From: Corynebacterium glutamicum ATCC 13032
GTDB taxonomy: Bacteria > Actinomycetota > Actinomycetes > Mycobacteriales > Mycobacteriaceae
Reading direction: 5' to 3'
Assembly: GCF_000011325.1 (NCBI RefSeq)
Contig: NC_003450.3
Location: 1,980,001 to 2,012,000, forward strand
Length of the DNA stretch: 32,000 nt
This document shows, one piece after another, positions 25,459-32,000 of the stretch (its first letter is position 1; each line of letters starts with the position of its first letter). Below the pieces are notes generated by a model that made no database searches, was not told where the DNA came from, and saw only the letters and a list, made by a program, of their open reading frames with translations. The position numbers and the translations under genes were made by a program.

Positions 25459-26697
25459 TTAGGAAACGCGGACAAATACACCAATCGTCTCAAAGTGGTG
25501 AGTTCCAGGGAACGCGTTAAAAACAGCCAATTGATCCATTTCGTAGCCGTTGAGCTTCCAATCGGCAACGTCGCGAGCGAAAGTCGCCGGGTCACAACCA
25601 ATGTGGATAACCAGCTGAGGCTTAGCCTCCGCGATGCTCTTCAACACGTCACTGCCTGCACCGGTGCGAGGAGGATCCAAAACAACCACGTTTGGCGAAG
25701 GCAGCTGGGACGCCATGCCCTCTACCCGACCAGTGTGGAAAGTGACAGGCAAACCAGCCAACGCCTCTTCGCCAGCCTCCGCTGAACCTGGGGACAGCTC
25801 CACAGAGTGGACAGCTGCCTGCAGCTTGCTGGTGATAATCGGCGCGAACAGGCCGACGCCGCCATAAAGGTCCCACGCAACAGGGCCACGCTTATCGACG
25901 TCAACCAGTTCCAATCCGGTTAACGCTTCGGCGATGAACTCTGAATACGCCGCAGGGGCCTTGGTGTGCGCCTGCCAGAAGGAAGAAACTGGGAACTTCC
26001 AGGTGTAATCGCCTACCTTCTGCTCCACCTCGCCAGTGCCTTCCAGCACCTTCAACACAGTTTCAGTACGACGACCACGAGGAGCCTTACGGGATTCCAC
26101 AACGTGGCGCTGACCCGCATCATCAATAGCTGCAATGATCTCCACGCCAGGGGTGAAACGACGAGCGCCCTCACCCACAAGGCCCTCAAGAAGCTCTGGC
26201 ACAACCTGAGAACACGCAACCTCAGTAACCAACTCATTGGACTTCAGCTTGCGGAACCCGGCACGACCAGACGCATCAACGCCGAGGCGAACGCGGGTAC
26301 GCCAACCAGCTGTTGGCTCCAGATCTTGAAGCTCAAATTCAGGAAGCTCATCGATTCCACCGATGCGCTCCAACTGATCACGAAGCACGCGGGACTTGAT
26401 CTCAAGCTCCACAGTTGGGTTGAGTTCTGCATAGTCACAGCAACCAGCACCTGCTGCCGCTGCTGGGCAACGGGAATCGACACGATCAGCAGACGCGGTG
26501 GTTACCTTAACCACTTCACCGCGTGCCCATTTCTTCTTCAACTGTGCGATTTCTACATCCACGACATCCCCGGGAATGCCACCTTTCACGAAGATGACGC
26601 GGCCATCGTGGTGTCCGATGCCTTCGCCGCCGTGAGCCGGCCTGAGCACCTCAACGGAGATGATGTCGCCTTTGGCGAGTTCGACGGTGTCAGTCAT
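25459..26697 (-). CDS. TRAM-domain SAM-dependent RNA (uracil-5) methyltransferase, TrmA/RlmD family
   Basis: N-terminal TRAM domain (GDIISVEVLRPAHGGEGIGHHDGRVIFVKGGIPGD), a Cys cluster (CPAAAAGAGCC), SAM motif DLYGGVGLFA, VVLDPPRTG, and the catalytic-Cys context HIGCDPATFARD. Confidence 0.85.
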   Translation of the reverse strand: MTDTVELAKGDIISVEVLRPAHGGEGIGHHDGRVIFVKGGIPGDVVDVEIAQLKKKWARGEVVKVTTASADRVDSRCPAAAAGAGCCDYAELNPTVELEIKSRVLRDQLERIGGIDELPEFELQDLEPTAGWRTRVRLGVDASGRAGFRKLKSNELVTEVACSQVVPELLEGLVGEGARRFTPGVEIIAAIDDAGQRHVVESRKAPRGRRTETVLKVLEGTGEVEQKVGDYTWKFPVSSFWQAHTKAPAAYSEFIAEALTGLELVDVDKRGPVAWDLYGGVGLFAPIITSKLQAAVHSVELSPGSAEAGEEALAGLPVTFHTGRVEGMASQLPSPNVVVLDPPRTGAGSDVLKSIAEAKPQLVIHIGCDPATFARDVADWKLNGYEMDQLAVFNAFPGTHHFETIGVFVRVS

Positions 26698-26773
26698 GTG
26701 AGTGTAGTCCTCGTTTCACTTGAAAAAGTTTCTGTCCCGTTACTTGGAGCGGGACAGCGCAAAGAGTTTAACC

Positions 26774-27637
26774 CTACTCTGCGTTGGGGGTATTTCCCTG
26801 ATCGGGGTTCTGATCTGGGGTTCCGTTACCTGCTGCAGGTTGCTGTGTTGCATTTTGCTGCGCTGCTCGCTGAGCCATGGCCTGCTGAACCTGCTCCGCC
26901 AGCTGCTTTGGAAGTGCCACTGGAAGTGGGCTGCCAGCCAGGATTGGGGCGTCGCCACGGTTCACAAAGGTACGAGCAATAACTTCCCGACCAAGATCGC
27001 GCATATCGTCGGCGCGATCGGATGGGCTGATCATGGTCATGCGCAGCATCCATCGTGGTCCATCTACACCTGCGATGCGGATCTTGCGGTCGTTCGCCTC
27101 ACCGACGACTTCCCTGCCCCATGGGCCTTTTTCCACATGCACGGTCAGGCCGTCGCGACGCATGCCTTCTGCGATTTCCTTGGTGGCTTCGCGCCACTGT
27201 CCTGCGGAAGTTGGTGCTGCGAAAGCCACTGGGGTGATGCGACCAAATTGGGTGACCACGTGGAGCATGCGGGGGCCTTGCTCGCCCATTTCCACTTGTA
27301 CTTCAGAGTTTTGTGGAAGTGGAACCTGAATGGAACCAAGATCTAGGACGCCTTTGGAAAAGTCCGAGAAATCAAAATCTTGGATGTTGACGGAACCAGC
27401 ATCAAAAGGTCCCATATCGCCGTTGATGGCGTCATGTACTGGATCGGGTTCACCTGCTGATGGATCTTCATCCAAGACAGGCTGCTCGCCCAGGGAGCGC
27501 AGAGCTTCAGGCACGGACGCCTCAGCGCTGTCTGCTTCTACCGGAGCCTCAGGAGCGGCAGGTACCTCAGATACCTCAGGCGCTGCCGGGGTCTCGTCGA
27601 CTACTTCTTTTTTCTTACCAAAAGGCCACAGAGCCAT
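26774..27637 (-). CDS. Conserved actinobacterial protein (DUF3710-like) upstream of dut
   Basis: 287 aa with acidic/Pro-rich N- and C-terminal tails. Conserved position next to dut. The DUF number is from memory. Confidence 0.7.
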   Translation of the reverse strand: MALWPFGKKKEVVDETPAAPEVSEVPAAPEAPVEADSAEASVPEALRSLGEQPVLDEDPSAGEPDPVHDAINGDMGPFDAGSVNIQDFDFSDFSKGVLDLGSIQVPLPQNSEVQVEMGEQGPRMLHVVTQFGRITPVAFAAPTSAGQWREATKEIAEGMRRDGLTVHVEKGPWGREVVGEANDRKIRIAGVDGPRWMLRMTMISPSDRADDMRDLGREVIARTFVNRGDAPILAGSPLPVALPKQLAEQVQQAMAQRAAQQNATQQPAAGNGTPDQNPDQGNTPNAE

Positions 27638-27734
27638 GAGATTCTTTTCCGTCCTTTGCTTTCGCGTTTCTAATCCGTTCCAGTGTAGGAGGATTGTGTA
27701 TTCCTGCCACCCGATTTAAGCAGTTAGGGTGGAT

Positions 27735-28184
27735 TTAGGCTGTTTTTCCGGTGGAACCGTATCCCTGGTCACCGCGCACGGTGTCGTCTAATTCTTCGAC
27801 TTCTTCGAAATCCACAAGTTCCACCTTTTGGATCACAAGCTGCGCGATGCGGTCGCCACGAGTAATCATGATGGGCTTTTCTGGATCAAGATTGATCAGG
27901 CAGACCTTGATCTCTCCGCGGTAATCAGCATCAATGGTTCCCGGCGCGTTGACAATGCTGAGGCCTTCGCGTGCAGCAAGACCCGAACGGGGGTGAACCA
28001 ATCCGACGGTTCCCAAGGGCAAAGCAATTGCAATGCCAGTGCCGACGATTTCGCGATGTCCCGGAGCAATCACAGCATCTGTGGTGGCATGAAGATCAAC
28101 GCCAGCATCGCCACGGTGAGCGCGCTTAGGCAGTGGAAGTTCTTTATCGAGTCGGACAATTTTAATAGCTGCTAAATCAGTCAC
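27735..28184 (-). CDS. dut: dUTP diphosphatase
   Basis: 149 aa. dUTPase motifs: [40 protein letters not shown]. Confidence 0.95.
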   Translation of the reverse strand: MTDLAAIKIVRLDKELPLPKRAHRGDAGVDLHATTDAVIAPGHREIVGTGIAIALPLGTVGLVHPRSGLAAREGLSIVNAPGTIDADYRGEIKVCLINLDPEKPIMITRGDRIAQLVIQKVELVDFEEVEELDDTVRGDQGYGSTGKTA

Positions 28185-28222
28185 AGTTTTTAGCGTACCT
28201 ACCCTGCGGGAAATGACCTTAA

Positions 28223-28801
28223 ATGACCCGTGGGATAGGATTGCCTATTGTGACTGATTCCCGACAATCTGATTCTGCATCTTCTGCTCCCTCCAGCAAT
28301 AGCGCTGATGGAGTAACCACAATTTACAGGGAACGGCAGTGGGTGCCTTGGTACTGGTGGCTAGCAATGGCGTTTGTGGTCGCCCTGCTCACCGCCCAAT
28401 TTGGTCTCAACCGAAACGAATATTGGATCTATATTCCAGCTGTGTTGTTGTCCATTGTTGGCGTGTGGGTGCTGGTCTCAATGTCCAATACGGTGATCAC
28501 CGTCGAGCAAGACGCCGATGGCACCAGGTGGCTGATCGCAGGCCAAGCAAACTTACCGTCCGATGTGGTGTCACGCTCTCTAGCGGTGCCTGCAACGGCA
28601 AAGCGCAACGCGATGGGTCGGCAGCTTGACCCGGCAGCCTTTGTGGTTTCCCACGGTTGGGTGCCAGAAATGGTGATGTTAGTACTTGACGATCCTGAGG
28701 ATTCCACACCTTACTGGCTCATCGGTTGCAAGGACCCAGAAGCGCTGTTGCGTGCTTTTGTTCCTGAACAAGCCGATGCTGCGCTAGCGGATTTCCGCTA
28801 G
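28223..28801 (+). CDS. Conserved membrane protein (DUF3093-like)
   Basis: Two TM segments ([33 protein letters not shown]). Divergent from dut, as for Rv2698. The start codon is uncertain. Confidence 0.7.
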   Translation: MTRGIGLPIVTDSRQSDSASSAPSSNSADGVTTIYRERQWVPWYWWLAMAFVVALLTAQFGLNRNEYWIYIPAVLLSIVGVWVLVSMSNTVITVEQDADGTRWLIAGQANLPSDVVSRSLAVPATAKRNAMGRQLDPAAFVVSHGWVPEMVMLVLDDPEDSTPYWLIGCKDPEALLRAFVPEQADAALADFR

Positions 28802-28815
28802 TCGCTCTTCTTCAT

Positions 28816-28856
28816 CTCGCGGTTGCCCTTAAATCGGCGATCGCGAGTTTTTTCTT
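28816..28856 (+). terminator. Terminator of the DUF3093-like gene
   Basis: ctcgcg-N20-cgcgag followed by tttttttctttgtt. Confidence 0.5.
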
Positions 28857-28872
28857 TGTTGAGCAGTTCTGA

Positions 28873-29082
28873 TTAGAGGTTTCTTCCAACCGAAGTCGGA
28901 ATCTGCTCCCCTGTCTGCTTCATATCGTCGAGTACTTCAGCGACTAAGTTCCGCAGACCAGCCTCAGCTTCCTGCTGATCAGAAAACAGCCAAGACAGTG
29001 AAGGAAATTCGGCCACCGTAGCGAGAAACTCCTGATCATCTTCAGACCAGGACACTTGGTAGGTGTGGTTGTTGATGTTCAT
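28873..29082 (-). CDS. HicB-like (UPF0150) antitoxin-fold protein, 69 aa, with no intact partner
   Basis: YQVSWSEDDQEFLATVAEFPSLSWLFSDQQEAEAGLRNLVAEVLDDMKQTGEQIP matches the HicB N-terminal fold signature. There is no C-terminal DNA-binding domain. Confidence 0.65.
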   Translation of the reverse strand: MNINNHTYQVSWSEDDQEFLATVAEFPSLSWLFSDQQEAEAGLRNLVAEVLDDMKQTGEQIPTSVGRNL

Positions 29083-29203
29083 GAAGGCCAGACCATTTCT
29101 CTCACTCGGATTTTCGGGTCACCTGGACTTAACCCGACTATAGCGACCTAACTACCGCCTCTGGTTGCTTTCAATGAAGTCTTACATCAGAACCCAAGCT
29201 CTC

Positions 29204-29243
29204 GAACAAGAAACCCCGTTTACCTCAACTGGTAGACGGGGTT
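29204..29243 (-). terminator. Terminator of the DUF4193-like gene
   Basis: On the minus strand: aaccccgt-N16-acggggtt followed by tcttgtt. Confidence 0.6.
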
Positions 29244-29276
29244 AGTTAATTTCCAAAGCCACATGCGTGACCGGAA

Positions 29277-29570
29277 TTATGCACAGTCAAGGCAGATGAT
29301 GGATCCATCTGGCTCGACGTGTGATTTGCGGTTGTTGCGCTGTACAAGGAAGCAGCTTGCACAGGTGAATTCATCCGCGCGGCGTGGAACAACGTCTACG
29401 TTGAGTTCTTCGCCGGAGAGATCAACGTTGGGGATCTCAAAAGACTCGACGATTTCGCCATCGTCGTCCATGTCGCTGTTCGCGTTTTCTACTGCCTTCA
29501 AACCTTCGAGAGAGTCAGTCTCTAGTTCGTCTTCTACACGTCGACGGGGTGCGTCGTAATCGGTAGCCAT
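29277..29570 (-). CDS. Conserved actinobacterial acidic protein with a C-terminal CxxC...C.DC zinc ribbon (DUF4193-like)
   Basis: 97 aa. MATDYDAPRRR..., with C-terminal FTCASCFLV...GSIICLDCA. Matches the Rv2699c position. Confidence 0.75.
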   Translation of the reverse strand: MATDYDAPRRRVEDELETDSLEGLKAVENANSDMDDDGEIVESFEIPNVDLSGEELNVDVVPRRADEFTCASCFLVQRNNRKSHVEPDGSIICLDCA

Positions 29571-29720
29571 CTTTTGTTCCTCCCGAGTGGGTGTCGTTCA
29601 CTAGCCGTGCACGAACGCTTTTGCGTTGTGCAGCTTCATGCGCGCATAGTAAAGGAGTTTTTCCCTCTTGTCATACTGCCAGGTCAGAGGGGCAAAATTC
29701 GGGGTTAGTTTGAAGATGGT

Positions 29721-30563
29721 TTAACGGTCTAAAGCCTTAAATGCGCCGACTACATCAAAATGGGCGTTGGCGTCGTCGAAAACTCCGGGGGCAGCGCCGA
29801 AGCAAATCTCTCCAGAGGAGCCTGGAATGGAGAGCCCTGGGGCCCGCACAAAGGCGCCCGCTTCAGCGGCGATAAGGCTGCCAGCTGCGAAGTCCCAGCA
29901 GTTCAGGCCATGTTCGTAGTAAATATCTACTTGTCCATCAGCGAGGTGGCACAGGTCCAAAGCGGCGCTTCCCATGCGGCGAATGTCGCGCACAGTAGGC
30001 AAGATTTTTGTTAATAAATCGGCTTGGAGGGAACGTCGTAAAGCGGAATAGCTGAACCCCGTAGCAACCAGCGACTCACTGACCACGGTGGCTGCTGAGG
30101 CCTTGAGCGGCACGATTTCATCGCGCTCGGGCAGATATTTGGTGGCACCTTCGTGGCGCGCGGCGGTGTACAGCACCCCGGTGACCACATTGATCACAGC
30201 ACCTGCCACGACCTCGCCGTCGATCGCCGCAGCGATCGAGACGGCGTATTGGGGCAGGTCATAAAGGAAGTTGACGGTGCCGTCAATGGGGTCGACGATC
30301 CAGGTAACTCCGCTTATCGACGCCGTCCCCGTCCCTTCCTCGCCTATCAGCCCGTCTTTAGGCCGAAGTTCCTGCAACCTATTGGCGATAAAATCTTCAG
30401 CCAAAGTATCTACTATCGTCACCGGATCGACTGTCGAACTTTTGGTGTTGGTGTAGTCCCACAAATTGGTGAGTTCAGCACGCTTATCCCTGATACGTAC
30501 AGCGGTAAGCGTGGCAGTTTCCGCGGCGATGGCACGCAACTCATTAAACGATTGTTGTTCCAT
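29721..30563 (-). CDS. suhB: Inositol monophosphatase family protein
   Basis: IMPase motifs [16 protein letters not shown] and WDFAAG. Divergent from ppgK, as for Rv2701c-Rv2702. Confidence 0.8.
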   Translation of the reverse strand: MEQQSFNELRAIAAETATLTAVRIRDKRAELTNLWDYTNTKSSTVDPVTIVDTLAEDFIANRLQELRPKDGLIGEEGTGTASISGVTWIVDPIDGTVNFLYDLPQYAVSIAAAIDGEVVAGAVINVVTGVLYTAARHEGATKYLPERDEIVPLKASAATVVSESLVATGFSYSALRRSLQADLLTKILPTVRDIRRMGSAALDLCHLADGQVDIYYEHGLNCWDFAAGSLIAAEAGAFVRAPGLSIPGSSGEICFGAAPGVFDDANAHFDVVGAFKALDR

Positions 30564-30632
30564 AAGACCATCATCGTTGTTTTTTTAGAAAATTGCCTGC
30601 CAAAAGCCGAAGTAATTTGTACACTTGGGCGC

Positions 30633-31385
30633 ATGACTGAGACTGGATTTGGAATTGATATCGGTGGCTCCGGCATCAAAGGCGCCCGCGTTAACCTTAA
30701 GACCGGTGAGTTTATTGATGAACGCATAAAAATCGCCACCCCTAAGCCAGCAACCCCAGAGGCTGTCGCCGAAGTAGTCGCAGAGATTATTTCTCAAGCC
30801 GAATGGGAGGGTCCGGTCGGAATTACCCTGCCGTCGGTCGTTCGCGGGCAGATCGCGCTATCCGCAGCCAACATTGACAAGTCCTGGATCGGCACCGATG
30901 TGCACGAACTTTTTGACCGCCACCTAAATGGCCGAGAGATCACCGTTCTCAATGACGCAGACGCCGCCGGCATCGCCGAAGCAACCTTTGGCAACCCTGC
31001 CGCACGCGAAGGCGCAGTCATCCTGCTGACCCTTGGTACAGGTATTGGATCCGCATTCCTTGTGGATGGCCAACTGTTCCCCAACACAGAACTCGGTCAC
31101 ATGATCGTTGACGGCGAGGAAGCAGAACACCTTGCAGCAGCATCCGTCAAAGAAAACGAAGATCTGTCATGGAAGAAATGGGCGAAGCACCTGAACAAGG
31201 TGCTGAGCGAATACGAGAAACTTTTCTCCCCATCCGTCTTCATCATCGGTGGCGGAATTTCCAGAAAGCACGAAAAGTGGCTTCCATTGATGGAGCTAGA
31301 CACTGACATTGTCCCAGCTGAGCTGCGCAATCGAGCCGGAATCGTAGGAGCTGCCATGGCAGTAAACCAACACCTCACCCCATAA
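30633..31385 (+). CDS. ppgK: Polyphosphate/ATP glucokinase (ROK family)
   Basis: The ATG at 30633 ([18 protein letters not shown]..) gives 250 aa. The longer 30153 ORF is antisense to suhB. Has LNDADAAG and LGTGIGSA motifs and sits directly upstream of sigA. Confidence 0.9.
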   Translation: MTETGFGIDIGGSGIKGARVNLKTGEFIDERIKIATPKPATPEAVAEVVAEIISQAEWEGPVGITLPSVVRGQIALSAANIDKSWIGTDVHELFDRHLNGREITVLNDADAAGIAEATFGNPAAREGAVILLTLGTGIGSAFLVDGQLFPNTELGHMIVDGEEAEHLAAASVKENEDLSWKKWAKHLNKVLSEYEKLFSPSVFIIGGGISRKHEKWLPLMELDTDIVPAELRNRAGIVGAAMAVNQHLTP

Positions 31386-31458
31386 GTTATCGAAAGGTGA
31401 TTTTTGCCCAGGGCCTTGATTCACAACGCACCTTGCTGTAGGAAAAACAGGCCCCTTT

Positions 31459-31488
31459 GTGACATCGGCGTAGTTGTTCAACTATAAT
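31459..31488 (+). promoter_or_regulatory. Near-consensus sigma-A-type promoter in the long ppgK-sigA spacer
   Basis: gtgaca - 18 nt - tataatgg. The extended -10 TATAATGG matches the corynebacterial consensus. It lies ~390 nt upstream of the sigA ATG. Confidence 0.4.
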
Positions 31489-31874
31489 GGAACGCTGATC
31501 GTGGACAAGAGTTAACCATGAGATTGATTCACCCCTTTAAGCCTCCAAAGAAGTAGTTGACTCAACGCATTTCGGCATTTAAAAAAGCCGAGAGCAAATG
31601 AGACTTTCCAGGAGAAGGCACCAGGGACATGAACAATTGATCGGCTGACCAACTCTATAAGAGATGCACCTCAAGTTTGGGGATACTTATTCGGCGTTTC
31701 TGGGGAACAAATACGTTTCCCTATTGTTGTATATAGGTATTCGCACTTAAGAAACATCTCTCATGGAAAGAAGCTAGGCGGAAAGGGCGTTAAGTACTTG
31801 CCATTTAATCCTCAGCATCACTCGGATCAGTCGGAGATGTCGATGAAAATGCACCAGGAGCCGTGGAGAGCAGC

Positions 31875-32000
31875 ATGGTAGAAAACAACGTAGCAAAAAA
31901 GACGGTCGCTAAAAAGACCGCACGCAAGACCGCACGCAAAGCAGCCCCGCGCGTGGCAACCCCATTGGGAGTCGCATCTGAGTCTCCCATTTCGGCCACC
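31875..32000 (+). CDS. sigA: Primary sigma factor, N-terminal 42 codons (truncated by the window end)
   Basis: MVENNVAKKTVAKKTARKTARKAAPRVATPLGVASESPISAT is the Lys/Ala-rich N-terminus typical of actinobacterial SigA. It follows ppgK as in Rv2702-Rv2703. Confidence 0.75.
   Translation, partial: MVENNVAKKTVAKKTARKTARKAAPRVATPLGVASESPISAT

Noticed and set aside
25966-26982. 338-aa plus-strand ORF
   Set aside because: It is antisense to the well-supported methyltransferase and DUF3710-like genes. It has no motif content and is a typical GC-rich shadow ORF. The same applies to 24413-24865, 23661-24113, 18534-19001, 17839-18189, 20392-20859, 20866-21276, 27330-27719 and 27828-28175.
30153-30632. 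N-terminal 160-aa extension of the ppgK ORF
   Set aside because: The extension is antisense to the IMPase gene. The glucokinase ATP-binding motif [12 protein letters not shown] starts right after the ATG at 30633.

Overview
The window reads as Corynebacterium glutamicum-type chromosome. This call comes from my own reading of the ORF translations and from remembered Corynebacterineae synteny; no database search was possible. It has two parts. (A) Positions 1 to about 15,680 are horizontally acquired DNA. A run of small plus-strand prophage genes (secreted trypsin-like protease, unknown proteins, two tandem 78-aa acidic paralogs, small membrane proteins) ends in an intact tyrosine integrase (5439-6590, minus). 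Next to it are an arm-type repeat region and a tRNA 3'-end-like att core ending at 6940. A second, degenerate island follows at 6941-15680. It carries a decayed IS3-family element, an intact IS5-family IS with a TTA target duplication, and four minus-strand cargo genes: a pentapeptide-repeat protein, a MepB-like protein, an unknown 248-aa protein, and a Sec-signal/LGFP-repeat protein with an orphan Cys-rich C-terminal domain. That island ends in a near-identical 1.1-kb copy of the integrase 5' half, arm region and tRNA-like core (14584-15680). From memory this resembles the int end of the CGP3 prophage region, which I cannot verify here. (B) Positions 15,680-32,000 are conserved core chromosome. 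First come two 5'-truncated gene relics (a DASS transporter and a glycerate kinase) and two tandem secreted paralogs. Then comes a RibD-C-like reductase, aftC-like GT-C, msrB, hemQ/chdC-like, DUF3000-like, rnd, dxs, a TRAM/SAM RNA methyltransferase, DUF3710-like, dut, DUF3093-like, an orphan HicB-like gene, DUF4193-like, suhB-like IMPase, ppgK and the start of sigA. This order matches M. tuberculosis Rv2671-Rv2703. The best novelty candidate is the LGFP-repeat protein with its ATGA-coupled partner ORF (11792-14430). It has the architecture of a polymorphic toxin-immunity cassette delivered by Sec and wall anchoring, and a single in-frame amber codon separates its signal peptide from the rest. 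Other items worth a look are the tandem island accretion at one att site, a 10-bp-phased GTCAYT array, a 460-bp hairpin-repeat element between two convergent terminators (20001-20463), and a hairpin-dense non-coding gap in the prophage (4799-5091).
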